This document shows, one piece after another, positions 19,110 to 28,076 of a stretch of DNA of 64,000 bases (positions within the stretch are counted from its first letter, which is position 1; each line of letters opens with the position of its first letter). Origin of the DNA: a virus (taxonomy: Duplodnaviria > Heunggongvirae > Uroviricota > Caudoviricetes); IMG/VR virus record IMGVR_UViG_3300017963_000223. One strand, 5' to 3'. Position numbers and translations under genes: made by a program. The notes beneath the pieces are model-generated. The model saw nothing but the letters and a program-made list of their open reading frames with translations. It had not been told where the DNA came from and ran no database searches.

Positions 19110-19865
19110 ATGGCGCGTATTGAAATGCGTGACGTGACCATCTATTTTCAAGATGGTCTTGCGGGGACGGCCAAGCTCACCGCGAACGGAAGTCAGAACG
19201 ACACCACGATCAATATCAACACTGTCGTTCTCAACACGACCACCACTTGTTTGGTGCCTGTTGGTGCTCGGCTGTATCTTGCTAACGAGACCGCTAACAC
19301 GATCCACACCGTCACGGCTCGTGACCCGTCGACCAACTCCCCGACCACTTGTGTCACCATCACCCCCGCTCTGGGTGCTGGTTCTTACAACAGTGGCAAC
19401 AGTGAGAATGCGGTCACGTTCATCAATCAACGAATCGAGATTCAGATTGGTGAAGGCAACTTGACCTGGACCGAGGCGAAGGAATACGAGTACCTTCGCG
19501 AGCGCGGCGATCTTGACACAGTCAAGGAAGCCGACGAACAGCCGGTCGAGATGTCGCTGGAGTTCGTGTACGAGTACATCAAGACTCAAACCGGTTGCAC
19601 TATTACTCCGGTCGACGCCGTGAAGCGAACTGGCTCGGCATCCGAGTGGGTGTCAAGTTCGAGCGATTTGTGTGAGCCCTACGCTATCGACGTTCTTGCG
19701 AAGCACTGCGTACCGTGCGGAACGGATGAGGACGAGGATGTCCTGTTTACCGACTTCCGTTACGAGTCGCTAGACTTCGATATGGGCGAGGCCACAATTG
19801 CTGTGAGTGGCCGTTGCAACGTCAGTGCGCCGACCGTGACGCGGTCGACTGACGCCGAGTGCTGA
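19110..19865 (+). CDS. major tail (tube) protein, putative
   Basis: 251 aa, strong RBS aaggagaaacc, followed by hairpin terminator and then chaperone-like genes and tape measure. Confidence 0.5.
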   Translation: MARIEMRDVTIYFQDGLAGTAKLTANGSQNDTTININTVVLNTTTTCLVPVGARLYLANETANTIHTVTARDPSTNSPTTCVTITPALGAGSYNSGNSENAVTFINQRIEIQIGEGNLTWTEAKEYEYLRERGDLDTVKEADEQPVEMSLEFVYEYIKTQTGCTITPVDAVKRTGSASEWVSSSSDLCEPYAIDVLAKHCVPCGTDEDEDVLFTDFRYESLDFDMGEATIAVSGRCNVSAPTVTRSTDAEC

Positions 19866-19874
19866 TAACCCCTT

Positions 19875-19908
19875 GTCTAGCGGAGTGGCTTTTGTCGCTC
19901 CGCTAGAC
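19875..19908 (+). terminator. hairpin gtctagcggag...ctccgctagac after major tail gene
   Basis: 11-bp perfect stem with T-containing loop. Confidence 0.45.
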
Positions 19909-19943
19909 ACCTCATTTCCTGCACCTCAACTAGGAGACTTACT

Positions 19944-20396
19944 ATGAAAATTGGCGGTGTTCAAGTCACAAGCAGCGATGCGTTGCTCGTTCTTCCTCGT
20001 TCTGGCGAAGACATTCCGATCAGGGCGAAGGCCGTCTCGATCACTGAGGAGTTTGACGAGAAGTGCCCCGAGCCTATCGTTCCTGTGCTTCAAACGAAAA
20101 ACGGCAAGGAGCCGGATTATGCCGACAAGGACTACAAGGAAGCGATGGAGCGTCGAGGCAAGCTGCGTTTTGCTCTAATGTGTGTTCGATCCCTGGAGCC
20201 TAGCAACATTGAGTGGGACGAAGTGGACGTTGACAAGCCGTCGACTTGGCTCAAGTGGCCGGACGAACTGCAAGCAGCAGGCATCTCGGAGGTCGAGTGC
20301 AACCGAATCCTTGGCTTGGTTCTTGAAGCCAATTCTCTCGATGAGAACAAGATCAAAGAAGCCCGCGCGACTTTTCTACTTGGTCAGGGGGAGTAG
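19944..20396 (+). CDS. tail assembly chaperone-like protein (by position upstream of tape measure)
   Basis: 150 aa acidic protein, RBS ctaggagac. Confidence 0.4.
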   Translation: MKIGGVQVTSSDALLVLPRSGEDIPIRAKAVSITEEFDEKCPEPIVPVLQTKNGKEPDYADKDYKEAMERRGKLRFALMCVRSLEPSNIEWDEVDVDKPSTWLKWPDELQAAGISEVECNRILGLVLEANSLDENKIKEARATFLLGQGE

Positions 20397-20589
20397 CTCG
20401 GAAGGTCCTCTGGCCGAAATATCGAACGGCTGAGTACACGATTTGGGCCGCCTGCTTAGAGCTAGGTATAAGACCCCCAGGCGTGAAGGATCGGTGGGAG
20501 AGCATGGACGCTCTAACGCAGGCGAAGGTCATCGCGTTCTATCAGACCGCCGAGCATGTAAGATCCAAAACAGGGTCACTGAGGTTCTA

Positions 20590-21099
20590 ATGAAGTTCAA
20601 GGCCGACTTCTATGCACTGGATTTTGATGCCGCAGGATATGCTAAAGTCCTTTTGCAATACCTGCGAAGCATCAATGAGAAGGCCGGACAGGCGTGGATA
20701 GACACTGCTGTCAATCAGACACCTATCCCGACTTGGTCAGGTGCTTCACGAGCGACGTTTCAGAAGCTGGCACAAGAACTTGGAACCTCGGTCCCTATTG
20801 GGCCGATCAAATCGTCAATAGACCGGGTAGGCCTTGGAAGAGCCTCCGCTTCTGGCAGCGGGGTGCTTGAAAACAAATCTGAAGGCTATGTTGGTTTCGT
20901 GTATGAAACCAACCTCCGATACCTTGCCTACAATGAATACAATCTTGCTACGGCGGGCCCGCCTCCCCAGCCGTTCAGCAATAACGTGAGGTTCACGCCT
21001 TACAATTTTCAATCACGGGCTCAAGTTGCTTGGCTACAAATAGCTGAGACGGCTAAGCTGCCCAACCCCTGGCGACACTTGAAGAAGAGGAAGATATAG
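20590..21099 (+). CDS. hypothetical tail-assembly protein
   Basis: ATG 20590 with GAGGT RBS; ATGA-type overlap with tape measure start region (stop 21097-21099, next start 21099). Confidence 0.4.
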   Translation: MKFKADFYALDFDAAGYAKVLLQYLRSINEKAGQAWIDTAVNQTPIPTWSGASRATFQKLAQELGTSVPIGPIKSSIDRVGLGRASASGSGVLENKSEGYVGFVYETNLRYLAYNEYNLATAGPPPQPFSNNVRFTPYNFQSRAQVAWLQIAETAKLPNPWRHLKKRKI

Positions 21100-24000
21100 T
21101 GGCTGAGATCAGACAGAAACTTGGCTTCGATGCTCAACAGGCAATTCAAACTCTGAGCCAGTTGACCACCGCCCTCAACAACGCCAACGATGCGTTGGCC
21201 AAAATGAAAACCTCCGCCACTGGTGCGCAGGCACTGACTAAAGTCACAGAAGGAACGAAGAAGGCCTCAAAGGCAGCCAACGAGTTCTTGGTTAGTTGGA
21301 AGACGATTATCCGCGTCCTGGAAACTCAGCTTATCGTTCGCGGTCTCAATACGATGATCACCGGTCTGAAGGAAGCGGTAGAGTCTGCCCGCGAGCTTGG
21401 GTTGGCAATCGAAGAAGTTCGGACGATCGATGCGGCCGGACGCACTGCTGCGGACATCAGTAAGCAGGTGTTGGCATTGTCTGATGCCATTGGTCAAGCT
21501 CCAACAGACTTGGCTGAAGGCCTCTATCAAACCTTGTCGAACCAAGTCGTGGAAGCGGCCGACTCGTTTCAATTTATGAGTGAGTCCGCACGACTCGCCA
21601 AGGTGACGGCGTCCGAGACTGGCGACGCTGTGAATGCCTTGTCTTCGGTGATGAACTCTTACAACAAGTCGATACAAGAGGCCGAGCACGTCTCTGGCAC
21701 GTTGTTTGCGACCGTTGAACAGGGTCGTTTGCGATTGGGAGAAATCGCGAATGTAATCGGTCGAGTGACCCCTCTCACCTCTCAGTTGGCCATTTCGTGG
21801 GAAGAGACGGCTGCTGCAATTGCGACCATGACTCGTCAGGGTGTTCGCGCCGACACAGCGATTACTCAGTTGCGAGCCGTCGTCACCCGCCTGCTGAAAC
21901 CGACCGACGATCTCCGTGAGATCTTCAGGAAGTGGGGCGTCGAGGACGGCCGACAAGCCATTGAGACCTTTGGCGGCCTGACAGGTGTCTTGAGGAAGTT
22001 GTCCGAGGAGACCGGTGGCAACTCGCAAGAGATGGCTGTGCTGCTCCGAAATGTTCGCGCCATCGCTGGTGTGTTCGGCATAATGAATGATGAAGGCAGG
22101 ACCATGGAAGAGATCCTGGGAATCATCACAGAGTCAACAACAGCGGCTACTGACGCCTGGGCCGAATTCACTAAGTCCGATGCGCAAAAGTTGACAGTGG
22201 AGATGCAGAGGTTTGAGAATCTGTTGACCCGCATCGGTAGCAAAAGTCTGCCCACCGTCACGAAAGTGCTTGCTGGATTAGTGACAGGACTGGAAGGCTT
22301 TGGTGTAGGTCTTCAAGTCATCACCGGCACCTGGACTGAAGCAGAGCAGGGTGCTGTAGACTTTGAACACGCCGTACAAAGAGGCATACAGCAAGGGCGG
22401 CAACTTCAAAAAGCCTGGGCAGAAGCCGGTAAAGATGCCTATAGTGTCATCACCAAGGCGTCCCTGAAATACTATGCAGAAGCCAACAAGAAAGAACAGC
22501 AGTTGGCCACTGTACGCGACAACGCCATCGAGAGTGCGACCGCTGCTTTCGAGAACGTCGTTGACAGGTTGACTGACATGTACGCGAACAACTTGAAAAA
22601 GATCGAGAAGTTCGCACAAGAGGCAGCCAGCAACGTGGAAAGTGCGTTCCAAAAGATAGCTGACATCCAGCGTGACATTGCCGATCGCACGTTGGAGCAC
22701 CAACTGGACAAAGCCAAGTCCAACTACAAGAAGCTCGAAGTTTTGAACGAGGCATACTTAGATTCCTTGCAGAAACAACGCAAGGCTGCTGCCGGTATCA
22801 CTGCTGACCCGAAGTCGATAAAGGATTTTGAGGATGCACAGGATGGCTTGATCGATAAACTTGACAGGCGATTGCAGTTATTGAAAGAGATGGATGCGCC
22901 TCAAAGTGTAATCGACAAGACTCAAAAACGCATCACGGATGAATTACGAAATGGTCAGCGTGCTCAAGTGGCATTCGCTAAGCAAAGTGTGGGCGTTATG
23001 CGAACCTCGGACGAGGTGGCCGCCAACTTCTCTGACGTGAATGCTCGCGTGCAAGAAATTGGCAAGCGTATGAAAGAGATCCATGCCGACGGGGTCGTTG
23101 ACCCTGGGGAAGAAGCTGAACTTGCGTCCCTTACTGCTGAGCTAGGAAAGCTCAATGACAAAGCCCAGGAGGCGGCCGATACCATGCGGTCTTTTGGCTT
23201 GGACATTCAATTCAGTGATGTGGTCGATGGACTCACGAACGCCTTGAATCAAGCTCACAAGGACTGGAGTGCAGAGGTTGCGCGAGCCAGATCCGCTTTT
23301 GAGGGTGAGGTCTTCAAGATAAGTGTTGCTCTTGATCCAGAAGGCGCCCGAAGAGAATTTCAGCAGGTCGCAGGTATGGAAGCCGTCCCAGGTGAAGGTG
23401 CGGCAGCTTTTCAAAGGCGTATCGACACAGAGGCCGCTGCCACGTTGCAGAAGCGTCTTGACTTGACCAGCCAAATCCAAGTCCTTGAGAAGCAAAATCA
23501 AGCCCCGCTGAAGGCAACAGTTGATCTTCTAGGTTCTGCGGCGAGAATCAACAGTGAGGATGTGGCCACTTACGCACAGCGGCGACAAGAGGCGAACGGT
23601 TTATTCAGTATCCTGACGGGCCAAAAAGGCACGATGGATATAATTCTGGCGAACGAACAAAATCGCCTAGCAGCGGCATTCTCATTGCAGAACGCATACT
23701 CTGGTATGCTTCAAGATCTGCAAGCCTCCCGCCCTGTTGAGGAGTCTGCTCTTCAAAACTTGAAGGAGCGAACTCAAGAAGCTTTCAACAATAAGAATAT
23801 CAGCCAAGAGCAGTTTGACATCTATCAGCAGATGGGTAAGCAGCTTGACCTTCTTGTGCAGACTAGTCAGCGACAAGCTGAGTTGGAAAGTCAAATGCCT
23901 ACAGAAGAGCGAGCAGCCGCCGCTGAAAAAGTAAAAGCTCAAGCAGACGGTATCGCCGCATCAACTCAGAATGAGTTAAGCATTCGTAGCACTCTCAATG

Positions 24001-24566
24001 AGCGCATGAACACTGCATCTCAGACAATGGAAGGTATGAGAACTTCCACGGAAGGAACCGCAAACGCTGCGGAGAAAACAGCCAACGCTACAGGAGAGGC
24101 CGCCACGCAAGGCGGTAACTTCACCTCTAATGTTGCCGGGGCCGTTGAGCCGCTAGGCACTGCTGCCGGACAAGCAACGGTGCTGGCTGACGAGATGGAG
24201 CGAGCAGCGGCGGCGGCAGCGGCCGTCTCAAATGTATCTGTTCCGACCGGTGGCGGGGCGGCCCAATTCCATGGTGGCTCGTTCTACGCGGACGGAGGTA
24301 TGTTCCGAGGACAGGACCGTCAACTCGCTGCTCTTGCACAAGGCGAGATGGTGATAAACCAAAAGAGTTCGCGTCGATTCTTCTCTGAACTCAACGCAAT
24401 AAACCAAGGCAGCCAGCCTGTGTACCGTGAGCAGGGTGGGCCTGTCACCAATGTAGGTGATGTTAATGTCACGGTTCAAGGCGGAGACTCCTCGCAGCAA
24501 ACGGTGCGCGAGATAGGCCACGCTCTTCGTCGTGAGATCAGGCGTGGCAATATAAAGCTTCGTTAG
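21099..24566 (+). CDS. tail tape measure protein
   Basis: 1155 aa, Ala/Gln/Glu-rich helical, position after chaperones; length implies long non-contractile tail. Confidence 0.8.
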   Translation: MAEIRQKLGFDAQQAIQTLSQLTTALNNANDALAKMKTSATGAQALTKVTEGTKKASKAANEFLVSWKTIIRVLETQLIVRGLNTMITGLKEAVESARELGLAIEEVRTIDAAGRTAADISKQVLALSDAIGQAPTDLAEGLYQTLSNQVVEAADSFQFMSESARLAKVTASETGDAVNALSSVMNSYNKSIQEAEHVSGTLFATVEQGRLRLGEIANVIGRVTPLTSQLAISWEETAAAIATMTRQGVRADTAITQLRAVVTRLLKPTDDLREIFRKWGVEDGRQAIETFGGLTGVLRKLSEETGGNSQEMAVLLRNVRAIAGVFGIMNDEGRTMEEILGIITESTTAATDAWAEFTKSDAQKLTVEMQRFENLLTRIGSKSLPTVTKVLAGLVTGLEGFGVGLQVITGTWTEAEQGAVDFEHAVQRGIQQGRQLQKAWAEAGKDAYSVITKASLKYYAEANKKEQQLATVRDNAIESATAAFENVVDRLTDMYANNLKKIEKFAQEAASNVESAFQKIADIQRDIADRTLEHQLDKAKSNYKKLEVLNEAYLDSLQKQRKAAAGITADPKSIKDFEDAQDGLIDKLDRRLQLLKEMDAPQSVIDKTQKRITDELRNGQRAQVAFAKQSVGVMRTSDEVAANFSDVNARVQEIGKRMKEIHADGVVDPGEEAELASLTAELGKLNDKAQEAADTMRSFGLDIQFSDVVDGLTNALNQAHKDWSAEVARARSAFEGEVFKISVALDPEGARREFQQVAGMEAVPGEGAAAFQRRIDTEAAATLQKRLDLTSQIQVLEKQNQAPLKATVDLLGSAARINSEDVATYAQRRQEANGLFSILTGQKGTMDIILANEQNRLAAAFSLQNAYSGMLQDLQASRPVEESALQNLKERTQEAFNNKNISQEQFDIYQQMGKQLDLLVQTSQRQAELESQMPTEERAAAAEKVKAQADGIAASTQNELSIRSTLNERMNTASQTMEGMRTSTEGTANAAEKTANATGEAATQGGNFTSNVAGAVEPLGTAAGQATVLADEMERAAAAAAAVSNVSVPTGGGAAQFHGGSFYADGGMFRGQDRQLAALAQGEMVINQKSSRRFFSELNAINQGSQPVYREQGGPVTNVGDVNVTVQGGDSSQQTVREIGHALRREIRRGNIKLR

Positions 24567-24595
24567 CCTCTTTTCCCTTTTCAAGGAGCATTGTA

Positions 24596-25090
24596 ATGCA
24601 ACATCCTATGGCTATTTCAGGTCGCTTTGTCGTCGAGCACCGGGACTGCGATGACACTCTCAAAGCAATCTACGAGGTCCCGAATGGTATCGTGGACGTC
24701 GGCTTGAACCACATCCTTGACACTCAGTTCAATGGTGGTTCGCAGATTTCGACGTGGTACATCGGCCTAGTCGACAACTCCGGTTTCTCGGCATTTGCTG
24801 ACGCTGACACGTTGGCCTCACACGCTGGCTGGTCTGAGTTCACCAGCTACACTGAGTCAAATCGTGTGACTTGGTCAAGCGGTGCGGCGTCGGCACGAGC
24901 GGTCAGCAACAGCTCGACGGCTGATTTCTCTATCAATGCCACCGGTAACGTCAAGGGCATCTTCGTGTCCTCGAACAATGTCAAATCGACCGGAAACACG
25001 GGCACGCTTTGGTCAACGGCCGCGTTCTCGTCTGTCGTTGCCACGGCTAACGGCGACACGCTGAAGGTAACGTACACCGTCAGCGGCTAA
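24596..25090 (+). CDS. hypothetical tail protein
   Basis: RBS caaggagc; followed by intrinsic terminator. Confidence 0.5.
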   Translation: MQHPMAISGRFVVEHRDCDDTLKAIYEVPNGIVDVGLNHILDTQFNGGSQISTWYIGLVDNSGFSAFADADTLASHAGWSEFTSYTESNRVTWSSGAASARAVSNSSTADFSINATGNVKGIFVSSNNVKSTGNTGTLWSTAAFSSVVATANGDTLKVTYTVSG

Positions 25091-25099
25091 CCCGTCTTC

Positions 25100-25144
25100 G
25101 TCTTGAGAAGGTGGCGCCGACGCCACCTTCTCAAGACTTTGTTT
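25100..25144 (+). terminator. rho-independent terminator (17-bp stem gtcttgagaaggtggcg/cgccaccttctcaagac + TTTGTTT)
   Basis: Perfect inverted repeat followed by T-rich tract. Confidence 0.7.
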
Positions 25145-25166
25145 ACTCGCACCGTAGGAGCAACAA

Positions 25167-25658
25167 ATGGCTACTCGACTTGGCCCTATCTCCTCCTTCC
25201 CTGCCACAGTAGCGAAGACATATCCTGATGTCATCAAGACTGCTTCAAATGACTACTGGGTCGAAGGTCTTGGAGTGATGGCGTCCCTCGACGCGGACGC
25301 GGAGCTTCACTATATCTGGCACGTTCCGAAAGGCACACTGCCCACTGGTACTTGCAAGCTGGAAGTCATCATGTTCTCTTATGATGCCTCTGGTAATGCT
25401 GCTTTCAATCCGAAGTGGAAGTCGGTCGCCTTCGATGAGAACATGGACCTAGCAGCCGGTAGTTTGAACGCCGAAGGCGAAAGCACCATCTCTTGGACCT
25501 ATGGTGCTAACGCACATGAAATGAGGCGTGCTACTGTCAATCTTGACGCTGACACAGTTGTCGCCGACGAGTTCATCCAGATGCGTCTGGCACTCATCTC
25601 GACCAACTGGACTCTGAATCAGCGTAGCATCGTGCTTCCCTCGATCATCTGGGAATAG
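25167..25658 (+). CDS. hypothetical tail protein
   Basis: RBS gtaggagc. Confidence 0.5.
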   Translation: MATRLGPISSFPATVAKTYPDVIKTASNDYWVEGLGVMASLDADAELHYIWHVPKGTLPTGTCKLEVIMFSYDASGNAAFNPKWKSVAFDENMDLAAGSLNAEGESTISWTYGANAHEMRRATVNLDADTVVADEFIQMRLALISTNWTLNQRSIVLPSIIWE

Positions 25659-25680
25659 CCTTCTTTGACGGAGAGGCCTT

Positions 25681-27693
25681 ATGGCTTGGACATTCAATGG
25701 CACCGGTTCGCAAACCACTATACCAAACGGCTCCCATCTCAATATCCCAGATGGTGACTGGGGCTTCTATGGGTGGTTCCGTCTTGAGTCGGATCTTAGC
25801 GGCACCGCTATCAGGCGCCTCCTTGCTTGGGGCACGCCTGCCGCCACGCCCCACCTTCAGATATTCTACATCGAGAAGGACTCTGGATTCGGCAACGCCG
25901 ACCGCCTCAGTGGTCGGTTCATTGATGCTGCTGGCAACGACACAGGTATCATATACCCGAACTTCACCTTGTCCAATCATCTTAGCGATTGGCTTGGCTG
26001 GTGTTTCACGCATGAAGAGTCGACAAACACCACACGGATTCGGATCTTTGATACTGTCACCCGGTTCACTTACACACAGACCTCCGTCCAGGCTTTAGGT
26101 GCTGTCTCCACTGCGAATATCGGCGGCCCTCTCTACATCGGGGCGACCAACGCTGGAACAAATACGACCAGATTCAAAGGCGACATGTACGAAGTAACGT
26201 ACACGCCTAACCTAAACCTCGACTTCAACACCATTTGGGGAGCCTATAATCGCGGCAAGCGAGGGTTTCGCTCCTCTTCCGTCGGCTGGTCCGTTCCTAT
26301 GTTGGGCGACCGGACAGAGGTGTGGGGCTCCGGCAACACAATCATCACGCCGTCTTCGACGAACGTGTCAACGGCGACCTATGACAACCCGCAGCTAGAA
26401 CTGACCTCGCGACGAAGACTGGTCACGTTGGAAGGTCGCGAAGACTTGGCGACTCAGAACGTCACAAGCACGCTGAACTTCACTCAAAATGCTGCCACAC
26501 CTCTTCAAGAAGTGTCGGCCAACAATACTTTGAATTTTGTGCAGTCACTTCTTTGCTGCACTGATATTCCCGCATCTGCCAGCAACGCCTTGACTCTGAC
26601 TGATGTCGCCGGTCAAACGCTGGAGCTTTCTGGCAACAATGTGATGGTGTTCGCTAGTGTTGTTGGACACTTGAATCTCGTCAACGATCGTGCGCCATGC
26701 GGCAGCACGCTCAATCTAGTGCAACTAGTGGAGGTGGCGGACAATCGTAATCCAACGAATAATCTTGGTCTCACTCAGACTGTAAATGTGCAAGCCCCGA
26801 TCAAGCCGGTGATCACTCAACTTCTGGGCATCACACATCACACCACCACGCCGCATCGAGCGTTTGTCACTCAGAATCTTGGTATCACAGATGCTTTGGT
26901 CACCCCGCTTCCAACGCAGTCGGTAACCAGCACGTTGAACTTTGTGCAAGACGCGCCGATCGGCAACGTCGATAGCACGTTGAACTTCGTGCAAACGATT
27001 ACCTTTTCAAAGTCTCTGACTGCTCGAAATACCATAAACCTGACTCACGAGATGAGCAGGATTATGATCTATAATCGAACGCTCACCCACAACAATGTTG
27101 TTGGGCATGCTCTTACATGGTACGAAGACTCTCCGTGTGGCAGGAAGCAATATACTCCGTTCCAAGGAGAGAATACGCTTCCATTGGATGTGACTTTGCC
27201 AAGCAACACGCTAGGAGATCCGCAAGGTGAAGACGCGACCTTCAAGTTGTACATACCATACCTCGGCGTGCATACAAGTGAAGTAGAGCTACGCCAACCT
27301 GAGTTGGATAACCGAGATCGCAATGCTTTCAGTCGGGCCAGCCAGGAAACACGCGGCGGTAAGCTGATCATTTTCTCTGATCCTATTTGGCCAAAGATCC
27401 GCACCTTAGCAATCACAGTTGTTGGGCTGACCGAAACTCAGGTGGACGCTTATCAGGCTTTCGCATTGTCGACCGTCGGGCAAGAGATCGGCTTGACTGA
27501 CTGGGAAGGCCGTCTTTGGAAAGGCTTCATCAAGAATCCAAATGAGCGAGCCACGCAAGACGGGAGATCGCGGTGGACGGTCACCTTTGAGTTTGAAGGC
27601 GAGATGCTGGACGTTCAGCAGCCTGGTGAAGAAGGAGACGGCAACGGAATGGCAATGAATCTCACACACTCAGCGACGGTGGTAAAAGTATGA
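25681..27693 (+). CDS. tail protein with N-terminal lectin/LamG-like region and C-terminal LNFVQ repeats
   Basis: 670 aa; repeated TLNF(T/V)Q motifs; RBS gacggagagg. Confidence 0.5.
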   Translation: MAWTFNGTGSQTTIPNGSHLNIPDGDWGFYGWFRLESDLSGTAIRRLLAWGTPAATPHLQIFYIEKDSGFGNADRLSGRFIDAAGNDTGIIYPNFTLSNHLSDWLGWCFTHEESTNTTRIRIFDTVTRFTYTQTSVQALGAVSTANIGGPLYIGATNAGTNTTRFKGDMYEVTYTPNLNLDFNTIWGAYNRGKRGFRSSSVGWSVPMLGDRTEVWGSGNTIITPSSTNVSTATYDNPQLELTSRRRLVTLEGREDLATQNVTSTLNFTQNAATPLQEVSANNTLNFVQSLLCCTDIPASASNALTLTDVAGQTLELSGNNVMVFASVVGHLNLVNDRAPCGSTLNLVQLVEVADNRNPTNNLGLTQTVNVQAPIKPVITQLLGITHHTTTPHRAFVTQNLGITDALVTPLPTQSVTSTLNFVQDAPIGNVDSTLNFVQTITFSKSLTARNTINLTHEMSRIMIYNRTLTHNNVVGHALTWYEDSPCGRKQYTPFQGENTLPLDVTLPSNTLGDPQGEDATFKLYIPYLGVHTSEVELRQPELDNRDRNAFSRASQETRGGKLIIFSDPIWPKIRTLAITVVGLTETQVDAYQAFALSTVGQEIGLTDWEGRLWKGFIKNPNERATQDGRSRWTVTFEFEGEMLDVQQPGEEGDGNGMAMNLTHSATVVKV

Positions 27694-28076
27694 GCTTCAT
27701 CATAAGAGGCCCGTATCCAGGGCTTGTAACAACAACTCTGCTTCCTGCACCTCAGTGGGGCGATTCAAAGTCTTTGACATCAACAGTGATCAGCCAGAGG
27801 TCCATGAACGGCACACTGTACACCTACGTCAAGAGCCGTGATGGCAGGAAGCGGTTCCTCTGGCGGTTTGAGATCGCTCGCAACAAAGCTTTGGAGTTGC
27901 GAGAGTTCATCAATACTTACTTTGGAAAGATCGTCCAAGTAACTGACCACGACGGCGATATATGGGTCGGCTATCTTCGCAACAACCCTTTTGAATTCAT
28001 GGGCGCCGGGAGGGCGGGCCCAAGTTGGCCTGGCGGCGAGACCATGACTATTGAACTGGAGTTTGAAGAACGATGA
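27690..28076 (+). CDS. hypothetical tail protein
   Basis: ATGA overlaps both neighbours. Confidence 0.5.
   Translation: MSFIIRGPYPGLVTTTLLPAPQWGDSKSLTSTVISQRSMNGTLYTYVKSRDGRKRFLWRFEIARNKALELREFINTYFGKIVQVTDHDGDIWVGYLRNNPFEFMGAGRAGPSWPGGETMTIELEFEER

Noticed and set aside
19944-21099. Looked for a programmed -1 G/GT frameshift between the two chaperone-like genes before the tape measure
   Set aside because: No overlapping -1 frame ORF extends past the first gene's stop. The +1 frame is closed after 12 codons, and no canonical XXXYYYZ slippery heptamer was seen near 20380-20396.
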